Shown here one piece after another: positions 10,401-18,150 of a DNA stretch of 64,000 nucleotides. Source of the DNA: Eubacteriales bacterium (GTDB lineage Bacteria > Bacillota > Clostridia > Oscillospirales > SIG627); NCBI GenBank assembly GCA_045660745.1, contig JAZREJ010000039.1, positions 515 to 64,514 on the forward strand. Reading direction: 5' to 3'. How positions within the stretch are numbered: position 1 is the first letter of the stretch; each line of letters opens with the position of its first letter. Made by a program: the position numbers and the translations under genes. The notes below the pieces were generated by a model. It saw only the letters and a list, made by a program, of their open reading frames with translations. It was not told where the DNA came from and did no database searches.

Positions 10401-10564
10401 TGAGGCTTTCCGTTAGCCGTGGGGGGGCCGTCATAGAAAACGTAGGGGCGTGTCTTGTCGGACGCTTCCATACTCTTTTCAAAGATACGGTTTTCACGCC
10501 AAAATTTTTCAATCTGCTTTTCTCTTTCGACAAATTTCATATCTGTCGGGACTTTGTTATACAT
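7451..10564 (-). CDS. ileS: isoleucine--tRNA ligase, type 2
   Basis: 1037 aa from ATG 10564 (GGAGG SD). Contains the HIGH motif PPTANGKPHIGH, the KMSKS motif, and the CP1 editing region WTTTPWTLPSN. The ORF-track start at 10633 lies inside the T-box terminator. Confidence 0.97.
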   Translation of the reverse strand: MYNKVPTDMKFVEREKQIEKFWRENRIFEKSMEASDKTRPYVFYDGPPTANGKPHIGHVLTRVIKDMIPRYHTMKGQFVPRKAGWDTHGLPVELEVEKLLGLDGKEQIEEYGLEPFIEKCKESVWKYKGRWEHFSSTVGFWADMDDPYVTYHDSFIESEWWALKQIWDKGLLYKGHKIVPYCPRCGTPLSSHEVAQGYKDVKEKSAIAKFRVKGEDAFILAWTTTPWTLPSNIALCVNPNEEYVKVKTEEGEVYYLAKALSETVLTAPFEVLETMKGVDLEYREYEPLFDIPNVQGKGYFVVCDNYVTLSDGTGVVHIAPAFGEDDYKVGTRYGLPVLQLVDAKGCMTDRTPFAGMFCKDADPEVLKYLRERGLLFSAPNYEHSYPFCWRCDTPLIYYARESWFIKMTAVREDLIKNNNTINWIPESIGKGRFGDWLENVQDWGISRNRYWGTPLNIWECECGHMHSIGSVEELRSMSDNCPENIELHRPFIDEVTIKCDKCGKEMKRVPEVIDCWFDSGAMPFAQHHYPFENKELFESQFPADFISEAVDQTRGWFYSLLAISTLIFNKAPYKNVIVLGHVQDENGQKMSKSKGNAVDPFEALETYGADAIRWYFYTNSAPWLPNRFHGKAVIEGQRKFMGTLWNTYAFFVLYANIDEFDPTKYTLDTNKLSVMDKWLLSRLNTTIREVDDNLAGYKIPEAAKALESFVDEMSNWYVRRSRERYWVQGMEEDKINAYLTLYTALVTVAKISSPMVPFMCEDIYRNLVCNVDKNAPESVHLCSFPEVDETLIDAELERNMEAVLDIVQNGRAARNGAAMKNRQPLAKMFVKSEFVPHEKYYDIIREELNIKGVEFIEDVGELISYSFKPQLKTVGPKYGKHLGFIREWLANIDGSAAKRELDAEGKLTVENNGETIKLFEEDLLIDVKQKEGYYTFSDKGVTVTLDTALTPELIEEGMVREIVSKLQTMRKEAGFEVVDHIRVGCVGNDVIAKAILNNSEEISSDVLADEISTDSVSGYEKEWDINGETVRLSVEKL

Positions 10565-10565
10565 C

Positions 10566-10805
10566 TTATCCTCCAAAAAAGAACTCCGTCCAAAACAGGA
10601 CGGAGAAAATTTCCTAAAACCACCTATTTTCATGCCACAAGCATGGCACCTCCGATAACGGCGGATTCCGTCAAGGCTTACTTTGTTCAGCCCGAAACTC
10701 GGGAGTGATATTCACCAAGGGCTACTTGCACCGTGCTTACACCCGCCACGGCTCGCTTAAGCTTTCGCTTCCCCGCTACTGTCTCCGTCAAAGTCTTTAC
10801 ATACA
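10566..10805 (-). promoter_or_regulatory. T-box leader (Ile specifier) with intrinsic terminator
   Basis: The minus-strand RNA has the stem I elements GGAGACAGUAGCGGGG (GA/K-turn-like), an AGCGA bulge, and the specifier loop GGUGAAU-AUC-A (AUC at 10709-10707). It also has the T-box-like AAAUAGGUGGUUUU (GGUGGU at 10625-10619). The terminator CUCCGUCC-UGUUUU-GGACGGAG plus UUCUUUUUU (10605-10575) ends 10 nt before the SD of ileS. Confidence 0.75.
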
Positions 10806-10810
10806 GTGTG

Positions 10811-10839
10811 ATTTTAACATATTTTTTTAATATTGTCAA
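10811..10839 (-). promoter_or_regulatory. sigma-A promoter of the ileS T-box leader
   Basis: Minus strand reads TTGACA (10839-10834), 17 nt, TAAAAT (10816-10811). Confidence 0.6.
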
Positions 10840-10968
10840 GCATTGAACCGAACCTTTTTCTTTATTTTCTTTTTAGTCTCACATCATTGACAATACTGCA
10901 ATTTTGATTCATCGACTGTAATAGAATCAGTCCTTGAGTCTGTTTTATGAACAAGATTTTACTTCAAT

Positions 10969-11892
10969 TCATCCACCAAACTTACCTGTGTACCAATCTT
11001 GCTTTCTTATTTCTTCCATATACTCACCCGTATATTTGGGAATCTCGACTCTTTCAAACGATATGTCTTTCCATGGCCCCTGCTCAAAAGCATATTTCGT
11101 CATCAGCATCTCAACGTAAGTGTTTCCTCCTACTATAAATCGTATATGCAAACGCCCATCGTCATTTTCATCTTTACTATAATCACTAATTATCACAGGG
11201 ATAATTTCACCTCCGAAATTCATCTCTGTTTCAGTATTTATGATTTTTTCGTCTGAAAACAATTTAGGTGCCCTTTGATTTAAATATTCTTTTATACCTT
11301 TACTCCAAGTGTTTTCAGATACCTCCTCCGACAACGGACTGGTAATTATTGAGGCTATTGGATTGTAATAGCATATATCTGCAAATCCTTTCACCACATC
11401 ATGAGTCGCAATGAATACGCCTTCGTTATTAAGACTCCGTCCCCATTGGTCAAATTTACTGTATACTATTTCCCCACCCTTATATTTCGGAATCATAATT
11501 CCGTCTGACGGAATCTTATCCGCAACAGCCGCCAGTACTGCAAACGTTCTTTCCTCTTCACTTAGATTGTCAAACGAAATTCTATCGCCCTTCGCTTCGT
11601 ATTTTTGATTATTCTCAAAGGCTTGCAGCAGTTGTTCTGAGTTTTCAAGCAAAAGAAACAGGCGGGGAGGAGGTTCTACAAATACACGAGGCGCTTCGGG
11701 CTCTTGTGTTTCTTTATCATTTATCCATGCGTCTTCAGGTGCCAAGCTCATCAAGTCTGCATCTGCATCGTAGATATCAATAGGTGTGTGTTGTACTTCT
11801 TCGTGTACATGCTTTTCGGTCTGTGCACTGTTGCAAGCGACTAAAAAAGCAACAAAAAGTAAGCATATAGTAATCAAAAACGTTTTTTTCAT
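10969..11892 (-). CDS. lipoprotein of unknown function (307 aa)
   Basis: ATG 11892 follows AAGGAG. The N-terminus MKKTFLITICLLFVAFLVAC carries a lipobox (LVAC). No motif I recognise. It starts 14 nt after the stop of the metallopeptidase gene. Confidence 0.8.
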   Translation of the reverse strand: MKKTFLITICLLFVAFLVACNSAQTEKHVHEEVQHTPIDIYDADADLMSLAPEDAWINDKETQEPEAPRVFVEPPPRLFLLLENSEQLLQAFENNQKYEAKGDRISFDNLSEEERTFAVLAAVADKIPSDGIMIPKYKGGEIVYSKFDQWGRSLNNEGVFIATHDVVKGFADICYYNPIASIITSPLSEEVSENTWSKGIKEYLNQRAPKLFSDEKIINTETEMNFGGEIIPVIISDYSKDENDDGRLHIRFIVGGNTYVEMLMTKYAFEQGPWKDISFERVEIPKYTGEYMEEIRKQDWYTGKFGG

Positions 11893-11906
11893 ATGTTTTG
11901 CTCCTT

Positions 11907-14099
11907 TCAATTGTCCGTAAAACCATTCTGTATCAAATGATCCAAAATATTGGATTTACAATGATAACATATTATGTCAGAATCGTTAATCGATTGCCTA
12001 TATGTTTCATTCATTATACAATTCGGATCACGAGCATATTTACCTTTACATTCAATGCATCTATCCTCATTGAGGCATCCAACACCCTCGATAGGAGCGT
12101 GATAATGGTCATCTGCACCAATAGAATGATTCAACTCATGCATGATTACAACTTGCGTTATCGTATCTGTTACGTGTAACATGTACGTATGATAATCCGG
12201 ATAAAATGCGCTTCTGTTATACTCATTTGTTCCAGTCGCAATTTTATGTGCACACCATAAAACAGCCTGATTCTTTACATTGTTTGATATGATCGAAGCC
12301 ATATGTATTTTAAAATCGGAATGCAGCTCATCGCGATTGGTACAAGGGAAGTCAGTATTACAATTGCAAAGGTCATCTATGTTTGCGGATGTTACAGTGC
12401 CTTTACACCAATCCGGCAAGGAATAATAATATGACGTTCCGCAATTTGTCAACGTAAGCCCAAGCAAAGCTGAATATCTTGACGCAACGTTTGCTATATA
12501 CTGATTTATTCTGCTTGTTGCCGCGCTGTCAGTCAAGCCATATCTAACCAAATAACCGTTATCATATCTGTTATAAACGTTCAAGCTCGAATTGAAGGTT
12601 GCCTGTGTATATGTAAAACTAACGTACGGTTTGTTGGAACCGTATTCGGTTGAAGCAAAGGTTTTACAATAATTTGCATCTGTTTCACTGGTTGTATTTC
12701 TTATAACAAAACCGTTATGGGGATTAGCCTGTTCCCTTTTCCACTTTCTTGCCAACCCTGTGATGTCATATGTACACAGTTTAGTGGAAGAGTCGCTAAC
12801 TGTAAGCGAAGGATAATTCATGTCATTTAACATATTCCATGTAACGCCGTTATACGTTATTGTACCCTCTTGCCACCAATCCCAATTGCCATTACCATCC
12901 TGATGTCCGGGATATGCATATTCGCTAAGCTGTAAAGTGGATGTTGCCGACTTTCCGGACAGCTCTGTAAATACAACGCTTACATTTGTTATTTCCTGTG
13001 GAGCAACAGAGGCAAACGTTGCGTTATTATATAGCCCGGGAAGCTTAACAAGCAGTCTGCCTACACCGTAGTTTATTCCTCCGGATGTTCCCACGTAACC
13101 TATGTGATTAAAATAGTTACTTCCTTGATTAAGATTAGGAATTCCGTTGTATACAGGAGCATCCAAAATCGTTTTACTGTCGCCTGTTCCGGAAGTATTT
13201 ACAGTTATGGTTGGATCAACATAAACCGGATACACAGTAGTATCATTATTCAAAAAGCTTTCGTCAACGGTTATTGTATAGATATATTCACCCGAATTTC
13301 CGGTATAAGCAAGTGAAACTTCGTTGTCAAAGGTTTTCCTTGATATATCTGAGCTGTCGTATACCATTACCTCAGATATATACGCAACTTTTTCCTTACC
13401 TTCATACAGCCAAACTTGACCTCCGATTTTTATCGGATTCAAATCTCCAACGTCAAGTAAGAAGCTAAAACTGTTAGCATTCGGTCGATCATACAAAATT
13501 ATTTCTTCTTTAACACCGCTGAACGTAGGCGAATACGTCAAAGCAGTGTCTGTGCCGAAAACATCATCATATAATACTGTTTTATCATTTTTTAACGTTA
13601 CGGTCGGTACGCTTATTAGTTCAAGCTCTGTCAATTCAACACGCGGATACATTTCAATGTTTATGTCATCCTTCTCAACCAAAACGCCTTTGTCAATCGT
13701 AAATGTTTTCGGGAAAAGAACACTAATATCATTATGTACATTACTGTATGAGTAACCCTGTATATCTTTGACAGCTGTTACTTTGTTGCTCTTGTCTTTG
13801 ACTACGCCGTTTTCATCTATATACTTTACGTTTTCCGAAAACATATAAAGTGTTTTTGAACCGTCCAAATTCCGATATATAACCGAATTAAGGTCCGGCT
13901 CTTCATCTTTTAGGCGAGTAACTCCGTTGTTTAATTTAAGCATTTCACGAGTGACAAACTCAGGTAAAGCCTCTGTGTATGGCGTTATTTTATTCTCTGA
14001 TGTTTCATTTTTCAAATCCGTTCCGATAGAATTTATAGGAACAACCACACTAAAAATTAATATAAGGCAAATTACCACACTCAAAATACGTCTTTTCAT
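11907..14099 (-). CDS. secreted multidomain zinc metallopeptidase: DNRLRE-like module plus Cys-rich reprolysin/metzincin-like catalytic domain
   Basis: ATG 14099 has a GGAGG SD. Signal peptide MKRRILSVVICLILIFSVVVPINSIG. DNRLRE-like blocks: GRLLVKLPGL, WQEGTITYNGVTW, YDITGLARKW..NGFVIRN, FASTEYGSNKPYVSFTY. The catalytic motif HELNHSIGADD has HELNH encoded at 12140-12126, with CIM 30 residues downstream. Confidence 0.8.
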   Translation of the reverse strand: MKRRILSVVICLILIFSVVVPINSIGTDLKNETSENKITPYTEALPEFVTREMLKLNNGVTRLKDEEPDLNSVIYRNLDGSKTLYMFSENVKYIDENGVVKDKSNKVTAVKDIQGYSYSNVHNDISVLFPKTFTIDKGVLVEKDDINIEMYPRVELTELELISVPTVTLKNDKTVLYDDVFGTDTALTYSPTFSGVKEEIILYDRPNANSFSFLLDVGDLNPIKIGGQVWLYEGKEKVAYISEVMVYDSSDISRKTFDNEVSLAYTGNSGEYIYTITVDESFLNNDTTVYPVYVDPTITVNTSGTGDSKTILDAPVYNGIPNLNQGSNYFNHIGYVGTSGGINYGVGRLLVKLPGLYNNATFASVAPQEITNVSVVFTELSGKSATSTLQLSEYAYPGHQDGNGNWDWWQEGTITYNGVTWNMLNDMNYPSLTVSDSSTKLCTYDITGLARKWKREQANPHNGFVIRNTTSETDANYCKTFASTEYGSNKPYVSFTYTQATFNSSLNVYNRYDNGYLVRYGLTDSAATSRINQYIANVASRYSALLGLTLTNCGTSYYYSLPDWCKGTVTSANIDDLCNCNTDFPCTNRDELHSDFKIHMASIISNNVKNQAVLWCAHKIATGTNEYNRSAFYPDYHTYMLHVTDTITQVVIMHELNHSIGADDHYHAPIEGVGCLNEDRCIECKGKYARDPNCIMNETYRQSINDSDIICYHCKSNILDHLIQNGFTDN

Positions 14100-14211
14100 A
14101 AGTACCTCCATTAAGTCATTTTCCAAACACTAAACTTTCGTTTATGTCTTGCTGTGTAATACGAGGCACACCGCAAGACAATTTTAAAATACCATTGATA
14201 TCACCTCCTAC

Positions 14212-14246
14212 AAAAAAGCACACAAGCTTAGAACTTGTGTGCTTTC
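14212..14246 (-). terminator. rho-independent terminator (also the terminator arm of a possible attenuator)
   Basis: Minus strand reads AGCACACAAG-UUCUAAG-CUUGUGUGCU followed by UUUUUU (the A-run at 14212-14217 on the plus strand). Confidence 0.8.
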
Positions 14247-14307
14247 TCTCGTCGTCGGACACACAAGACGGAAATCCTATGTATTGGCGGCATATTATTC
14301 TGTATTT

Positions 14308-14336
14308 ATTTTATCATACAAAGAAAATCTTGTCAA
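14308..14336 (-). promoter_or_regulatory. consensus-like sigma-A promoter upstream of the terminator hairpin
   Basis: Minus strand reads TTGACA (14336-14331), 17 nt, TAAAAT (14313-14308). It begins 3 nt after the stop codon of the upstream gene. Confidence 0.5.
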
Positions 14337-14338
14337 GA

Positions 14339-15274
14339 TTATTTTAATTCATCCGCAGTTATGAAGCGATAGCCTGCATCATGGAGAGTTTTCGACATTG
14401 CTTCAAACTTTTCGGGAGTATTCGGCTGATAGGCAAAATAGTCGGGGTAGAAATACTGCTCGTGGGTTGCGCATCCGATATACTCCGCACCGCCCTCGAT
14501 TATCTTTTCAAGAGTTGTACGCACGTCATCTCCGTCCTTATAAAGGTTAAGGCAGGGACCGCCCGAAACGCATCTGTAACGAAGCCCCGTCACCTCGTCA
14601 ATCACCGAGGTGTTCTTGAAAATAGTGCTCTTATAATCCGCCTCGGAAAGGTGATTCTGTCCGCAGATGGATGCCTTGATTCTTGTGTCTCTGGTTTTTC
14701 TGATAAAGAGCTTTGTTTCGGGCTGACGGTTGTTGAGAAGGCGTTGTGCGTGACCGTAAGGAAGAACACTCTCGTCCCCCGTGTACTCTTCTCTCTCGCC
14801 CGATGAACAGCCTGTAATGGTAACGCCACAATCGCGAAGGGCAAGACAGCCCTCTCGGCTTACGGGAAGCCAGTGAGGAACGAGAATGTTTGCAACGCTC
14901 TTTTCCCCTGCAAAGCGCTTGATTTCATTTACAACGGCATTGTAGTTGTTTGCAACGTCCTGATAGGTAGCGTTAACGTAAGGATAATCGGGGAATTCCT
15001 GCTTTGCATGGAAGGCAAGGCGAAGCCAATCTGAATTTGCTTCAAACTCCGCCTTATAGGTGTCAGGCATATCTGCAAGGGTAAACTCATCATCACCATA
15101 GAAAAAGTCGGTGCGGTAGAAAATATTAAGCTGTACAGTAAGTCCGTATTTGTCGTGATTCTCCTTGAGCATAGACATAAAGGGAGTGCCGAAAAGGGAT
15201 GCGGGCTTCATTCGTGCAAGGTCACGGAATACCCAGATAACGTCATCAATAAAAAAGAATGCAAGTTTTTCCAT
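14339..15274 (-). CDS. hypothetical protein (311 aa), possibly carbohydrate deacetylase/hydrolase-like
   Basis: ATG 15274 (MEKLAFFFIDDVIWVF...) follows AAAGGA. It is cytoplasmic. The IDD and FHAKQE motifs only vaguely recall NodB-type deacetylases. Function is not assignable. Confidence 0.65.
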   Translation of the reverse strand: MEKLAFFFIDDVIWVFRDLARMKPASLFGTPFMSMLKENHDKYGLTVQLNIFYRTDFFYGDDEFTLADMPDTYKAEFEANSDWLRLAFHAKQEFPDYPYVNATYQDVANNYNAVVNEIKRFAGEKSVANILVPHWLPVSREGCLALRDCGVTITGCSSGEREEYTGDESVLPYGHAQRLLNNRQPETKLFIRKTRDTRIKASICGQNHLSEADYKSTIFKNTSVIDEVTGLRYRCVSGGPCLNLYKDGDDVRTTLEKIIEGGAEYIGCATHEQYFYPDYFAYQPNTPEKFEAMSKTLHDAGYRFITADELK

Positions 15275-15331
15275 AATTTCAATCCTTTCAAACATGGTTT
15301 GGTTTAAGAATAGCAAAAATCACATATCATG

Positions 15332-16213
15332 TCAATGTATTTTTTGCTTATATTTATGTCTTTTTTCCACAATATTTACACGCACGGCAGAATTCTTCGC
15401 TTCCATTGAATCAATCGCCTTCCGACGGTAAAGTGTTGGGGACATATTTTTTCTTATTTTGAAATGTCTTGAAAAGAGATTTCCGTCATCAAATCCGCAT
15501 CTTACACCTATTTCGGATACAGTAAGCGTTGTATTTGCAAGCATATCACAGGCTCTGTTTATACGCACTGTGTCAAGATACTCCATCGGGGACACCGAAA
15601 GTCTTTCACGGACAAGCCGTGTGAAATGACGACAGGAATAATTGGTCATACGTGCAAGATCATTGAGAGTGAGCTTTTTCGAATAATTTTGTTCCATAAA
15701 GCTTATGACCTTACCTATCACGTCATCGTCGCATAGGGAGTCCTCTCCCCTTCTTATATCGGAGCGTGTGCAAATAAGAGACACCACCGAAAGAAAAAGC
15801 ACGTCAAGAAGGTCTGTGTCCGACTCCTCTCTCATAACGTCCGCAAGCGCCTCTATCTGTGTAAGAGTCTTACCGTCAACAAAGCAAACCCGCCCCTCAT
15901 CAAACAACAATCTGTATCCCATTTTTCCCCAAATTCCAAAAGAAGCCGCCTGCTTTTCAAATGCCGAGCGCTCAAACTGAAATACGCAGCACTTAAACAT
16001 ATTTGCATTCGTCTGAAAATGACTGACGGCCGCCTCAAGCACATACACGTCTCCTGTAACGACTCTTTTCTCGACTCCGTCGATATTGTCATTGGCGCTT
16101 CCGCCAAGGCAAACGTAAAGCTCCGCCGTGGTGTTAACGTGTTCACGAAAGCCCGTGCGCCTTACCGTTTTATTAACGCTTTCGAAAAGAAGATGCTTTT
16201 CCGTGTTTCCCAT
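15332..16213 (-). CDS. AraC-family transcriptional regulator
   Basis: C-terminal HTH LTLNDLARMTNYSCRHFTRLVRERLSVSPMEYLDTVRINRACDMLANT..GFDDGNLFSRHFKIRKNMSPTLYRR, with a cupin-like N-domain. Confidence 0.9.
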   Translation of the reverse strand: MGNTEKHLLFESVNKTVRRTGFREHVNTTAELYVCLGGSANDNIDGVEKRVVTGDVYVLEAAVSHFQTNANMFKCCVFQFERSAFEKQAASFGIWGKMGYRLLFDEGRVCFVDGKTLTQIEALADVMREESDTDLLDVLFLSVVSLICTRSDIRRGEDSLCDDDVIGKVISFMEQNYSKKLTLNDLARMTNYSCRHFTRLVRERLSVSPMEYLDTVRINRACDMLANTTLTVSEIGVRCGFDDGNLFSRHFKIRKNMSPTLYRRKAIDSMEAKNSAVRVNIVEKRHKYKQKIH

Positions 16214-16350
16214 ATACCCACCTCACACTCTCTTATGTCCCAAATATACTACAACAAGTCTTAAATGTCAATGGACAATTAAAACTTAATACTCTATTAT
16301 AAGTGTGTTATAATGTCTTTAACATCCTAAAATCAAAGGAGAAAACAAAT

Positions 16351-17115
16351 ATGGGAACAACCTCATCTGACAAGCTTATTGAAAAGCTTGACAACAAAGA
16401 CAAAATATTTATGGCATATATAGGACAGCTCACACATCCGAGACTTGCCTCAGCTTACTCTTCGGCAGGTGTTGACGTAGTACTTCTCGACCTTGAGCAC
16501 GGTCCTTTCAATCCCGAAAACATTGGGGACATCGTTGCGGAATACAACGCTTTGAATTTCCCTGTAATCGCAAGAGTACAGGACTGCGAATACCACTGCA
16601 TTTCAAAGTGCATTGACCAGGGGTGTGACGGAATACTCATTCCCCGCACCGAAACTCTTAAACAGGTAGAAACAGCAATTTCCTCTATGCGTTTTCACCC
16701 TGTCGGAAAGAAAGGATGCGGAGGACGTGCGTGCCTCAGAGGTGACAGCATTGAAGAATTCAACAAAAAGCGCCTTATCTTTATACAGATAGAATCCCCG
16801 CTCGGAGTTGAAACTCTTGATGAAATGCTTACAAAATTCGGGCATGAGATTGCAGGCGTTATCATCGGTCCGTATGACCTTTCAATTATGTGCGAAGATG
16901 CCTTCAACTTTGAAGGCGAACTGTTCCTTGACTGTGTCAAGCGTACAATCGTTATAAGCCACGCCCACGGAAAGTCAGTTGGAATGTTCATGGATGACCT
17001 TGACGTTGCAAAGAAGTGGGCTGATTCAGGAATGAACATTTACTGGACCGCGCCCGAAGCTGTTGCACTTCAAATGGGGCTCCGATCATTTACCGACGGT
17101 ATAGCGAAACTTTAA
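16351..17115 (+). CDS. HpcH/HpaI-family aldolase (2-keto-3-deoxy-acid aldolase-like)
   Basis: ATG 16351 follows AAAGGAG. Motifs VDVVLLDLEHGP, ARVQD..ISKCIDQGCDGILIPRTET, IQIESPLGVETLDEM and GPYDLS match the family pattern. Confidence 0.8.
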   Translation: MGTTSSDKLIEKLDNKDKIFMAYIGQLTHPRLASAYSSAGVDVVLLDLEHGPFNPENIGDIVAEYNALNFPVIARVQDCEYHCISKCIDQGCDGILIPRTETLKQVETAISSMRFHPVGKKGCGGRACLRGDSIEEFNKKRLIFIQIESPLGVETLDEMLTKFGHEIAGVIIGPYDLSIMCEDAFNFEGELFLDCVKRTIVISHAHGKSVGMFMDDLDVAKKWADSGMNIYWTAPEAVALQMGLRSFTDGIAKL

Positions 17116-17124
17116 GGAGGAATT

Positions 17125-18066
17125 ATGCCCAAGGTACTTATTATTCGTCCTGAAAACGAGACGTACAAAAAAATACTTTCGGAAAACGGATTCTCTTACA
17201 AATTCTGTGACAACAACGAAGCGGAAATTTTCGAAAAGGGTCAGGATGTCGAGGCGATAATATTCGCCCCCACGAAATTCACAAGCGAAACCTTTTCGCG
17301 CTTGCCGAAACTTAAAATCATCTCACGCACCGGAATAGGAATCGATACCGTCGACATCCCCGCCGCAACCGAGCACGGCGTTGCCGTTTGCAACTGTGCA
17401 AACTACGGCACGTATGATGTGGCAGAGCACACGGTTGCATTGCTTCTTTCGCTTATACACTCTATCCCTCGCTATGACGCAAACATAAAAAAGGATAACG
17501 ATTGGGGTACCTCAGATATACCGAATGCCGTAAGGCTTTGTGAAAAAAAGCTCGGAATTATAGGATTCGGAAGAATATCGCAATGGATATGCCGAATGAT
17601 GCGAGGCTTCGGAATGAAAATCGCGGTATCGGACCCTTATGCGAACCTTGAGCTTGCCAAAGAGCTAGGTGTAGAGGTTGTATCCTTCGATACTCTTCTT
17701 CAAAGCTCTGACATAATTTCCGTAAATGCGCCTTTGAATGACTCTACACGCCATATGATAAATGACGATGCCTTTTCAAAAATGAAAGACGGAGCGTATA
17801 TCGTAAACACCAGCCGAGGCCCCCTTATTGACGAAGATGCGCTTATCAGAGCTCTTGAATCGGGGAAGCTCGCAGGCGCAGCGCTTGACGTATTTGAAAG
17901 CGAGCCATTTGAAAACGAAAACAAGCTCAGAAGCTTCAAAAACGTTGTTCTTACCCCCCACATCGCCTGGCGTTCTACAGAAGCCATACGTGATCTTGAA
18001 ATAGAGGTATGTGAAAACATCATTGATTTCTTTAATGGAAAGAAACCCAAAAACCAGCTTAATTAA
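17125..18066 (+). CDS. D-isomer-specific 2-hydroxyacid dehydrogenase family protein
   Basis: Contains GIIGFGRISQ (NAD-binding), NTSRGPLIDEDAL, LDVFESEP and TPHIAW. AAGGAGG SD. Confidence 0.88.
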   Translation: MPKVLIIRPENETYKKILSENGFSYKFCDNNEAEIFEKGQDVEAIIFAPTKFTSETFSRLPKLKIISRTGIGIDTVDIPAATEHGVAVCNCANYGTYDVAEHTVALLLSLIHSIPRYDANIKKDNDWGTSDIPNAVRLCEKKLGIIGFGRISQWICRMMRGFGMKIAVSDPYANLELAKELGVEVVSFDTLLQSSDIISVNAPLNDSTRHMINDDAFSKMKDGAYIVNTSRGPLIDEDALIRALESGKLAGAALDVFESEPFENENKLRSFKNVVLTPHIAWRSTEAIRDLEIEVCENIIDFFNGKKPKNQLN

Positions 18067-18073
18067 AAACAAG

Positions 18074-18105
18074 CGAGCGGAAATATAGATCCGCTCGGTT
18101 TATAT
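18074..18105 (+). terminator. probable terminator hairpin
   Basis: CGAGCGGA-AATATAGA-TCCGCTCG followed by GTTTATATT, a weak T-tract. Confidence 0.4.
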
Positions 18106-18150
18106 TATGAAAATATATTTTTCAGAAATGGTACAATAGCTTGAAAGTTT

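Noticed and set aside
10166-10708. 180-aa plus-strand ORF crossing the ileS start and T-box
   Set aside because: It is antisense to ileS and to a structured leader RNA. No translation signals are present.
14144-14347. 67-aa plus-strand ORF in the intergenic region upstream of the metallopeptidase
   Set aside because: It has no SD and spans the terminator hairpin and the promoter of the opposite strand. It is better explained as non-coding leader sequence.
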